Part shown: in pieces, positions 5,698 through 13,111 of the stretch
Numbering within the stretch: the first letter of the stretch is position 1
Layout of the letters: every line of letters starts with the position of its first letter
NCBI GenBank assembly: GCA_964587725.1
Contig: CAZPLO010000011.1
Coordinates: 1-13,111 of the forward strand
Source: an uncultured archaeon
GTDB lineage: Archaea; Altiarchaeota; Altiarchaeia; IMC4; SCGC-AAA252-I15
Direction: 5' to 3'
DNA length: 13,111 bases
Translations under genes and position numbers: made by a program
The notes under the pieces: model-generated
Databases searched by the model: none
What the model was told of the DNA's origin: nothing
What the model saw: only the letters and a program-made list of their open reading frames with translations

Positions 5698-6972
5698 ATG
5701 GCCGTGATACAGTTGGCGCTGGATTTCATAAACCTCGACCGCGCGTTGAAGGCCGCTGAGGAGGCGGGAGACCCCGTGGACTGGCTGGAGGCGGGGACGC
5801 CGCTGATAAAAAGCGAGGGCTTGGATGCGGTCAGAGAGCTGAAGAAACGCTTCCCCTTGAAGACGATTGTTGCGGACATGAAGGTGATGGACGCAGGCCG
5901 CATAGAGGTGGAGATGGCCGCCAAGGCGGGGGCTGGCGTCGTGGACGTCTGCGGTCAGGCGCCGGACTCCACCATACTCGAGTGCGTGGAGGCCGCCCGC
6001 AACTACGGAGCCAAGATAGCGGTCGACTTGATAGGCGTGGAGGATGTTGTGGCTAGGGCCAAATTCGCGGAACATGCGGGAGCCGACTTCGTAACCGTCC
6101 ACACCGCCATAGACGAGCAGATGCAGTCCAAGACGCCGTTCGATAAGGTGAAGGCCGTAGCCGACGCAGTCAACATACCCGTGGCCGCGGCAGGCGGACT
6201 GAATTCGGAGTCCGTCGTCGACGCGCTTGAGGCCGGCGCCTCCATACTGGTGGTCGGAGGTGCGATAACCAAGGCGGAGGATATCGGTAAGGCCGCGGCC
6301 GACATACGCATGGCAGTTGAGTCGAAGAAGAAGGTGAAGGCCCGCCTGTTCAAACGCGGCGAAGACGTCGCCGAGATACTGTCGAAGGTGTCGGCAGCCA
6401 ACGTCTCCGACGCAATGCACCGCACCGGCGATTTAAGGGGGTTGAACCCTCTTCTAAAGGGAGTTAAGGCGTTCGGCCGCGCAGTCACCGTCCGCTCCTA
6501 CCCCGGCGACTGGGCTAAGCCTGTGGAGGCGATAGACGCAGCCGACGAAGGCGACGTGATAGTGATAACCGCAGGCGGCGTCGGCCCCGCAGTCTGGGGC
6601 GAGCTTGCGACGGAGTCTGCATTGCAGAAGAAGATAGCCGCTGTCGTCGTCGACGGAGCAGTCCGGGACACAGACGAAATACGCAGTCTCAAGCTTCCGG
6701 TTTACGCGAGACTGTCCACGCCCGCAGCCGGAGAACCGAAGGGGTTCGGTGAAATCAACGTTCCCATACGGGTCGGCGACGTCACAGTGAAGCCCGGCGA
6801 CTGGATATTGTGCGACGGAGACGGTGTCGTAGCGATACCGTCAGAGAAGGCGGTGGAGGTGGCCAACCGCGCCCAGGACGTGTTGGAGCGCGAGAACAGG
6901 ATACGGCGTGAAATCAGAGACGGAAGCTCCCTCGCCAAGGTAACCCACCTGCTCAGGTGGGAGAAGAAGTAA
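5698..6972 (+). CDS. hxlA: 3-hexulose-6-phosphate synthase fused to an RraA/MenG-like domain
   Basis: IQLALD, LEAGTPLIKSEG, ADMKVMDAG, VHTAIDEQ, AGGLN, VVGGAITKA (HPS barrel), followed by NVSDAM, GRAVTV, AVWGELA, VVDGAVRD, VKPGDWILCDGDGVVAIP (RraA). Confidence 0.93.
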   Translation: MAVIQLALDFINLDRALKAAEEAGDPVDWLEAGTPLIKSEGLDAVRELKKRFPLKTIVADMKVMDAGRIEVEMAAKAGAGVVDVCGQAPDSTILECVEAARNYGAKIAVDLIGVEDVVARAKFAEHAGADFVTVHTAIDEQMQSKTPFDKVKAVADAVNIPVAAAGGLNSESVVDALEAGASILVVGGAITKAEDIGKAAADIRMAVESKKKVKARLFKRGEDVAEILSKVSAANVSDAMHRTGDLRGLNPLLKGVKAFGRAVTVRSYPGDWAKPVEAIDAADEGDVIVITAGGVGPAVWGELATESALQKKIAAVVVDGAVRDTDEIRSLKLPVYARLSTPAAGEPKGFGEINVPIRVGDVTVKPGDWILCDGDGVVAIPSEKAVEVANRAQDVLERENRIRREIRDGSSLAKVTHLLRWEKK

Positions 6973-6973
6973 A

Positions 6974-7507
6974 CTATTTCTTCCCAGTCAAGGTGTCGTA
7001 TACGCCGGCCAATCCGGTGAGGGCGAGGAGGAAGCCGTAGAACGGTATCAGCGCGTCCACCACCGTCGCCGCAGGCAGGGGCTGGCCGTCGTTGCTGTAC
7101 CAGAGGAACAGGAACAACCCTATCAAGAAGTAGTTTATCAGCCCCGTCAAAGTGAGCATGAGGCTGTTGGACGCCAGCTTCAGCCGCCTGAACACCTCCC
7201 TGTCCTGTTCGTCGAAGCTCAGGCGGATAATCTCCTTGTCCTTGCGGAGGGCGGGAGCCAGCTTCCGGTCCACTATAACCTTCAGCGGAATCAGCAGCAG
7301 CACCATCTCCCCGAAAAACAGTATCGTGCTCAACGTCACCGAAATGAGTATCTGAGACAGCTCCAATGCCTTGAAACGGAACACGACCCCGTGGAGTATG
7401 TATCCGACGGCGAAGAAGTTTATGAAAACAATCGGCCCCAGCATCACCAGCCGCTCGCTTTTAACCGCGTCCAGGAAAATCGCCGAATAGCTTTTGGTGT
7501 CGAACAT
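6974..7507 (-). CDS. Hypothetical membrane protein (about 4 TM helices)
   Basis: Open frame with four hydrophobic segments and a charged central loop. ATG 7507 (MFDTKSY) is preferred over 7558, which would leave no room for a divergent promoter. Confidence 0.75.
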   Translation of the reverse strand: MFDTKSYSAIFLDAVKSERLVMLGPIVFINFFAVGYILHGVVFRFKALELSQILISVTLSTILFFGEMVLLLIPLKVIVDRKLAPALRKDKEIIRLSFDEQDREVFRRLKLASNSLMLTLTGLINYFLIGLFLFLWYSNDGQPLPAATVVDALIPFYGFLLALTGLAGVYDTLTGKK

Positions 7508-7558
7508 ACCATTAAATATCGGATTAAAACTTAAAAAGCCTGAAAAACATACTTTCAC

Positions 7559-8269
7559 ATGCGCTTGCCAACGGTTATGATAGCGGCTTTTCTGGCGTTT
7601 TCAGGCTGCCTGTCACAGCCCGCGGGCGAGGGCGTCACCTGCAACCCCCCGTACATGCGCCTGGGCGACGGATGCTGCCTCGACCAAGACGGCAACGGCG
7701 TCTGCGACCGCGACGAAGCAACCACCACCTTACCCCCAACCACTCTGGCCACGTCAACAACCACCACGTCAACTCCAACCACATCCACCATAATGCTGGC
7801 CACCACACTGTCCACGTCGACTACTTCAACATCTACCACCTCAACCACGTCCACTACCTCCGCGCCCACAACCACGCAGCCGATAACCTGCACGGACACA
7901 GACGGCGGAGAAAACCTGTACGTCAAGGGCACCGCATCGAGGGGGGGTGTCGAATCAGGCACCGACAAATGCATGGGTTCGGCGATACTGTGGGAGTACT
8001 ACTGCGCAGGCAACGCCATCGGCATGCGGCAGGTGCAGTGTCCGCTCGGCTGCGAGGACGGGAGATGCCACGGCTGCGTCGACACCGACGGCGGAGACAA
8101 CCCTTCAGTGTACGGGGAGGTGACGCTTGGGGATACGTTGAAGAAACAGGACATCTGCAGCAACCGCGACGAAAAAGTGCTGCGTGAGTTCTACTGCGTC
8201 AGCGCCGAGGAAGTAGGATCGAGGGAGGTCGTGTGCCCCGGCGTATGCTCCGGAGGCGCCTGCGCCTAA
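7559..8269 (+). CDS. Cys-rich surface lipoprotein with Thr/Ser linker and two CxDTDGG repeats
   Basis: Signal peptide with lipobox-like FSGC; CNPPY...CCLDQDGNGVCD domain; Thr/Ser tract at about 7721-7876; tandem ~62-aa repeats starting at 7889 and 8075. Confidence 0.85.
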   Translation: MRLPTVMIAAFLAFSGCLSQPAGEGVTCNPPYMRLGDGCCLDQDGNGVCDRDEATTTLPPTTLATSTTTTSTPTTSTIMLATTLSTSTTSTSTTSTTSTTSAPTTTQPITCTDTDGGENLYVKGTASRGGVESGTDKCMGSAILWEYYCAGNAIGMRQVQCPLGCEDGRCHGCVDTDGGDNPSVYGEVTLGDTLKKQDICSNRDEKVLREFYCVSAEEVGSREVVCPGVCSGGACA

Positions 8270-9228
8270 AACCACTGATCCAGGCTCTGCTGCGTGTTCT
8301 CCTTGTACGCGTTCAACAGCTCGGAAGCCGCCTTACGCACCCTGCCTTCGCCGAAGTCGTGCTGCCGCGACAGTAGGTTCACCAGGCCCTCCTCGTCCAC
8401 GGCGCCCCACTCCACGCTGTAGTCTTCCGTCACCGGGTGGTTCAGAAACACCTCACGCACCTCGTCGAAGGGGACGTCGTATCCCTCCAGGCTGCCTTCC
8501 TTCACGGCCTTCAACGCCTTCTTAGGGCCTACGCCGTGGACTCCGTCGTTGAAGTCCGTCCCAACCAATATTGCAAGGTCGACCAGTTGCTCCCTGCTTA
8601 TCTCCAGCTCCGACAGTGCAGCATCCAACTCTATCAGAGCCAGCTCCAGCTTCCCGCTCATCGTCAGCCCCTTAACCAGCCTCGGCGCACCAAACAATAG
8701 TGCGTCGTAGTCCTGGCTGCCGACAGCCCACGCATCCCCTTTGTTAACCATCAAAGTGCACTGGGCCTCCCCCTCCGCAGGCGCCTGAATGTGCGGCACC
8801 CCCATCAAATCCAGGAGTTTCCTGCTGTCCTCGAGCATCTCGTCCGTCAGCTTCGACGTGCGCTTCGCGTACTTCAACGCATCATCCAATCGGCCCTCCT
8901 CCTTCGCCTTCAACCACTCCTCACGGGCCTCCCGTTTGGCGGTGCCGCGGGCCTCCAGCGTCTTAAACTTCAAATCGGGTGGTTTCCCGTCGAACACGTA
9001 CACGGGCTTAACGCCCATCTTCAGCAGGTTCACGTTCCTGTACAGGAGCCCGGTCAGATGGGATGTGACGTTCCCCTGGGAGTCCATCAGCGGCGTCCCG
9101 TCCCGCTGCCTTATCGAAGAAAGGAACTGGTATGTGGTGTTCAACGCATCCACCGCAATCGTTCTCCCCCGGAGGTCGCTGAACTCCAGCGGCTTATGCA
9201 ATATGATGTCCTTCAGGTTAACGCCCAC
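8266..9228 (-). CDS. fen: Flap endonuclease-1
   Basis: AVDALNTTYQFLSSIRQRDGTPLMD, YVFDGKPP, APAEGEAQ, SQDYDALLFG, ILVGTDFN, GVGPKKA, C-terminal PIP box QQSLDQWF. Start GTG 9228 (MGVNL) follows an AGGTGA SD. Confidence 0.97.
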   Translation of the reverse strand: MGVNLKDIILHKPLEFSDLRGRTIAVDALNTTYQFLSSIRQRDGTPLMDSQGNVTSHLTGLLYRNVNLLKMGVKPVYVFDGKPPDLKFKTLEARGTAKREAREEWLKAKEEGRLDDALKYAKRTSKLTDEMLEDSRKLLDLMGVPHIQAPAEGEAQCTLMVNKGDAWAVGSQDYDALLFGAPRLVKGLTMSGKLELALIELDAALSELEISREQLVDLAILVGTDFNDGVHGVGPKKALKAVKEGSLEGYDVPFDEVREVFLNHPVTEDYSVEWGAVDEEGLVNLLSRQHDFGEGRVRKAASELLNAYKENTQQSLDQWF

Positions 9229-9233
9229 ACCAA

Positions 9234-10097
9234 TCACCTGTAACCGTACAGTCTCCTAATCCACTCCGGAGCTATCACGTCCCTCAAAATCACGGACGCG
9301 GAATGCAGCCTGTCGTCGTCTCCGGTCAACACCACCTGCCCCCCTGATAAACGTATCGACGACGTGTTCGACGGCCTCAATACCACAGCAGGCCCTATGT
9401 TGGAGCAGTCGTATGTCTGGTTTGTCCCCGACCAGTTCTGCAATACGGTGCTGAACGGCTGCGTCCTGCATGTGCCGTTGGACATGAGGAAGGGATATAT
9501 GAAGAAGTCGTTCTCGTCCACCTCCCACTGTTCCACCGCCTCGTTCCGGTTCAAGTCAGCCCTCTTCGTCTGCATGAAACTCAACGCCCCCATGATTTCA
9601 GCGTACCCGCGCCCGGCTTTGACGCCCGCATCCTCGTCCAGGATGACGCTCATCCCGTCCGCGCCCCTGAAGTAGTCTTCAAGCTCCCCGAAGTCCATGC
9701 ACTCTATGCCCTCCCGGAGGCAGGCGAACACGTGGCAGGACTCCAGTATCTCCTCGTCGCTGCCGCCCCTAATGCGGGCCTCCTTCTCGCCGAGGTACAG
9801 GCCCTGGTCGCCCTCATCAATCCTTATCCTGTACCCCTGAAGCGACGGCTCCGAAATAGCCGACAACTCGAACTTGCACGTCAACTCCGACGCAGACACG
9901 GTAGTGTTATACAATGCGATGTAATGCATTGCCTGAAGACGCTCCAACGGCATCTCAGACACTACCCTAACCCCGTATCTCTCGTACTCGGTCGTCGGCT
10001 TCGGCCACAGGTAAGCGAGTGCAAACACCACTATAATCACCGCCAGAGCACCCAAGGCGGCCTTCTCCACCCACTCTCTACCTCCTTCGTCGGCCAT
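9234..10097 (-). CDS. Hypothetical membrane-anchored exported protein
   Basis: 287 aa with one N-terminal TM helix, six Cys and N-x-S/T sequons; its stop is coupled to the fen SD region. Confidence 0.8.
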   Translation of the reverse strand: MADEGGREWVEKAALGALAVIIVVFALAYLWPKPTTEYERYGVRVVSEMPLERLQAMHYIALYNTTVSASELTCKFELSAISEPSLQGYRIRIDEGDQGLYLGEKEARIRGGSDEEILESCHVFACLREGIECMDFGELEDYFRGADGMSVILDEDAGVKAGRGYAEIMGALSFMQTKRADLNRNEAVEQWEVDENDFFIYPFLMSNGTCRTQPFSTVLQNWSGTNQTYDCSNIGPAVVLRPSNTSSIRLSGGQVVLTGDDDRLHSASVILRDVIAPEWIRRLYGYR

Positions 10098-10127
10098 GGT
10101 AATAATATTACGGCAAATATAATATAC

Positions 10128-10697
10128 GTGGACTCTTTCCAGCAGCGGAAGGACGCGGCGTTAAACAGCCTCGCAGCCTCCGAAAGGGTGGGGGACGCGG
10201 ACGCTGACGTGATGACGCTGCTGAACGCGGTGAACGACCATCCAAGCCTGTACACGACCTCCAGCTGCTCCGGCAGGACGGTGCTGATGGTGGACGCAGG
10301 CGGCAAGGGAGAAAACCGCTTCACCGCCAAATGGCACAGGAAAGTGTCTTTCAACGAGGTTTCAGAGGCGTTGGAGGCTTCCGACGGCAGGGTGTGGTTC
10401 CGCCACGAATCCCCCATACTCCACATCGTAGCCAAAACCCCCGAAACGGCTTCAAAAGTCCTTCACGCCGCGATGATGTCCGGGTTCAAACGATCCGGAA
10501 TACAGTCGCTCAAGGAAGACAGGGTGGTTGTCGAACTGGTGAGCACGGAAAGAGTCGACGCCCCCGTCAAAGACCCGGGAAGACTGCTGGTGCCGCAGGA
10601 ATACCTCCGCGTCCTCGTCGACGAAGCCAACCGAAAACACGAAACAGGATTGAAGAAGCTGAAGAGGCTGGAGCAGAAAATCAAGGGAATAGGCTAG
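10128..10697 (+). CDS. taw3: tRNA wyosine biosynthesis methyltransferase Tyw3/Taw3
   Basis: D.DV..LL..VN, YTTSSCSGR, KWHRKV, PILHIVA, SGFKRSGI, STERVDAP. Start GTG 10128; the 9732 extension overlaps the opposite-strand gene. Confidence 0.93.
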   Translation: MDSFQQRKDAALNSLAASERVGDADADVMTLLNAVNDHPSLYTTSSCSGRTVLMVDAGGKGENRFTAKWHRKVSFNEVSEALEASDGRVWFRHESPILHIVAKTPETASKVLHAAMMSGFKRSGIQSLKEDRVVVELVSTERVDAPVKDPGRLLVPQEYLRVLVDEANRKHETGLKKLKRLEQKIKGIG

Positions 10698-11599
10698 GCG
10701 GCCCTCTCCAAATCCTTCCTATGGGAGTCGACCACGTCGTGTGCCGCTGCCAACACCAGAAGCCTTGACATGCTGGACGGTGTTTTAACCGCGTCGACCG
10801 TCTCCGGGCTGTTCAGTATCTCATGCATAACTCGTTCACCCTCCGGCGTGTCGACCCTGAAACCCATGTCCTCAACCACCAGGGACAGGTCAACCCCCCC
10901 GCACTCTCTCTTAACATCCTCCGCAGTAACACCCTCTTTGGGCTGTGTAATCTCGCGTTCCACCGGCTCTTCAGAGTCGTCTTCCCCCACACCCGCCCCG
11001 TACCCTCCAGCGTCCTTACCCCCACTCAGTTTATCCATCATGAACAGTGCGTACGTCAGCTTCCTCATGACATCCGTCACGGTGAACCCGTCTTTTGAGA
11101 GGACCTCGTCCGCGTAGGCGTGCAGGAGCTTTTTGTCTCTGAGCAGCGGTTCGAACAGGTCGTTGAAGTTAATATCTTTCTTCTTCAATGTGTCGAACGT
11201 TTTAACGTATATGTCCGCGTATTTCCTCCTCTCATCCTCCGTCCATGCGCGGTCCTCAGGCGCCTCAGCTATTTCCTCGAACTCGGGGTTCGCCTTACAC
11301 ATACCCTCCAAGGCAAGGTTTCTCACCACCCTATCTGCGTCCTCTTCACCCCTACCGGATTCCACAAGAATCTTTCTGTAATACGGCGCCGCATACTGTA
11401 TCCAACCAGTGGAACTGGTCCTCACCTTCCCAGCGGCGAAACCATATTCGCCACCATGTTTCTCCCTCAGATACTCCTCTAAGCCGCGGTCAAGCCCTTC
11501 CCCCCGTTTCCTGAACTGGCTCATAACCTCTCTTTCCACATAACTCAAAGGATCCTTTTCAGGGGCTATTGTAGCCTCTCCCCGCTTGGTTACGGCCAT
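10694..11599 (-). CDS. Hypothetical soluble, charged helical protein
   Basis: 301-aa ORF filling the gap between taw3 (4-nt stop overlap) and the divergent rtcB; no family recognised. Confidence 0.75.
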   Translation of the reverse strand: MAVTKRGEATIAPEKDPLSYVEREVMSQFRKRGEGLDRGLEEYLREKHGGEYGFAAGKVRTSSTGWIQYAAPYYRKILVESGRGEEDADRVVRNLALEGMCKANPEFEEIAEAPEDRAWTEDERRKYADIYVKTFDTLKKKDINFNDLFEPLLRDKKLLHAYADEVLSKDGFTVTDVMRKLTYALFMMDKLSGGKDAGGYGAGVGEDDSEEPVEREITQPKEGVTAEDVKRECGGVDLSLVVEDMGFRVDTPEGERVMHEILNSPETVDAVKTPSSMSRLLVLAAAHDVVDSHRKDLERAA

Positions 11600-11656
11600 A
11601 CGGTTAATTATCGGGCGTCCATGGTTTTTATACTGCTTCTTCTAATCTAGTAGGCG

Positions 11657-13063
11657 ATGGAGCCGGAGAAGATACGGGCGGGTGTGTGGGAGTTCCGCGA
11701 CGAAGGCATGAACGTGCCAGCCAGAATCATAGCCTCGGACATATTGTTCCCGGAGATTGAGGAGGGAGTGTTCAAGCAGATAAGTAACGTGGCCAAGCTG
11801 CCGGGGATTGTGGAGCCGGCGCTGGTGATGCCGGACGCCCACTACGGCTACGGCTTCCCAATCGGCGGCGTAGCCGCCTTCAACTTGGACGAAGGCGTAA
11901 TCAGCCCCGGCGGAGTCGGATACGACATAAACTGCGGCGTCCGGTTGATGACGTCGAACCTGACTGCGGAAGACGTAGAAGGAAAAAAGAAGGAGCTGGT
12001 GGACGGACTGTTCGACAACGTGCCTTCGGGATTGGGCAGCAAAGGGAAGCTCCGCTACGGCCGCAGAGAACTCGAGGAAGTATGCGTCGACGGCGCCCGC
12101 TGGGCGGTGGAGCAGGGCTTCGGAGTCGAAGAAGACGTCCGGCACATCGAAGAATACGGGGCCATAGACGGCGCAGACCCATCTAAAATAAGCGACCGTG
12201 CGAAGAAGCGGGGGCAGCCGCAGCTGGGCACATTAGGGAGCGGAAACCATTTCCTCGAAATCTCGGCGGTCGACAAAATATTCGACGAAGACACCGCCCG
12301 GAAGTTCGGAATCACAGGGGAGGGGCAGGTGACGGTGATGGTGCACTGCGGCAGCCGCGGCCTAGGATATCAGATAGCGGACGACTACATCAAGGTGATG
12401 CTGGAGGCCGCGAAAAAATACGGGATAAAATTGCCGGACAAGGAGCTCGCGTGCGCCCCCCTGTCAAGCAGAGAGGCGGAAGACTATGTGAAGGCGATGA
12501 ACTGCGGAATCAACTACGCATTCGCCAACCGCCAGTTCATAACACACTGGGTCCGCGAAGTGTTCACCAAACACTTCCCCGACTCCGAATTGAAGCTGAT
12601 GTACGACGTCTGCCACAACATCGCAAAATTCGAGGAACACGGCGGCCGCGAACTCTGCGTCCACCGGAAGGGCGCCACCAGGGCGTTCGCAGCCGGCATG
12701 AAGGAGGTGCCCGAGGACTACCGCGACATAGGGCAGCCGGTGCTGGTGCCCGGGGACATGGGCACGGCATCCTACGTGCTCGTGGGAACGGATGAGGGGA
12801 TGAAGGAGTCGTTCGGCTCCGTCTGCCACGGCGCAGGCCGGGTGATGTCGAGGACGCAGGCCAAAAGGAACGTACGCGGAGAAGACGTGGAGAAACAGCT
12901 GGCTGAAGCCGGCAAATACGTGCACGCCGCCAGCTTGAAGGTGTTGGCCGAAGAATACAGCGGCGCCTACAAGGACGTGGACGAAGTCGTGAAAAGCGTG
13001 GAAACAGCAGGGATAGGCAGGCTGGTCGCCAGAGTAATACCCCTGGGTGTGGTGAAGGGCTGA
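11657..13063 (+). CDS. rtcB: tRNA-splicing ligase RtcB (archaeal type, no intein)
   Basis: MPDAHYGYGFPIGG, GVGYDINCGVR, LGTLGSGNHFLE, HCGSRGLG, HNIAK, HRKGATRAF, HGAGR. Confidence 0.97.
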   Translation: MEPEKIRAGVWEFRDEGMNVPARIIASDILFPEIEEGVFKQISNVAKLPGIVEPALVMPDAHYGYGFPIGGVAAFNLDEGVISPGGVGYDINCGVRLMTSNLTAEDVEGKKKELVDGLFDNVPSGLGSKGKLRYGRRELEEVCVDGARWAVEQGFGVEEDVRHIEEYGAIDGADPSKISDRAKKRGQPQLGTLGSGNHFLEISAVDKIFDEDTARKFGITGEGQVTVMVHCGSRGLGYQIADDYIKVMLEAAKKYGIKLPDKELACAPLSSREAEDYVKAMNCGINYAFANRQFITHWVREVFTKHFPDSELKLMYDVCHNIAKFEEHGGRELCVHRKGATRAFAAGMKEVPEDYRDIGQPVLVPGDMGTASYVLVGTDEGMKESFGSVCHGAGRVMSRTQAKRNVRGEDVEKQLAEAGKYVHAASLKVLAEEYSGAYKDVDEVVKSVETAGIGRLVARVIPLGVVKG

Positions 13064-13111
13064 CTACGTTTCTTCTATCGATTCCTCAACAGTCATGCCG
13101 AAGTCCCGCTC
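13064..13111 (-). CDS. Probable 3' end of a convergent gene (partial)
   Basis: The minus-strand frame ERDFGMTVEESIEET* is open from the window edge, and its TAG abuts the rtcB stop. Confidence 0.35.
   Translation of the reverse strand, partial: ERDFGMTVEESIEET

Noticed and set aside
7721-7876. ACC-rich tandem DNA repeat
   Set aside because: Explained by Thr/Ser codons of a protein linker; there is no exact periodic unit.
9732-10127. N-terminal extension of Tyw3
   Set aside because: It overlaps the opposite-strand gene 9234-10097; Tyw3 similarity begins at GTG 10128.
11657-13063. Intein in RtcB (or in Cdc6)
   Set aside because: Lengths are normal, the motifs are contiguous, and no intein-like insertion is visible.

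Overview
Archaeal chromosomal window; gene content and style suggest a DPANN/Altiarchaeota-like organism, which is inference only. From about 2.6 kb onward it is GC-rich core genome: ORC1/Cdc6, a RibD-like reductase, a DUF401-like membrane protein, a hexulose-6-phosphate synthase/RraA fusion, a Cys/Thr-rich lipoprotein, FEN-1, Tyw3, RtcB and several hypotheticals. The first 2.3 kb is the unusual part. The last 79 bp of a probable surface-protein gene (156-234) recur at 1648-1726 (76/79 identical) and 2240-2318 (68/79). The copies have no indels, end exactly at the stop codon, and differ mostly by synonymous or conservative changes. They delimit two small AT-richer cargo units, an AAA/DUF4143-type ATPase (1492 bp unit) and a hicB-hicA toxin-antitoxin pair (592 bp unit). 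This looks like a tandem cassette array built by serial integration into a protein-gene 3' end, with no recombinase in view. Between the array and cdc6 is an unannotated 34-codon ORF whose Shine-Dalgarno lies in one arm of two mutually exclusive inverted repeats.
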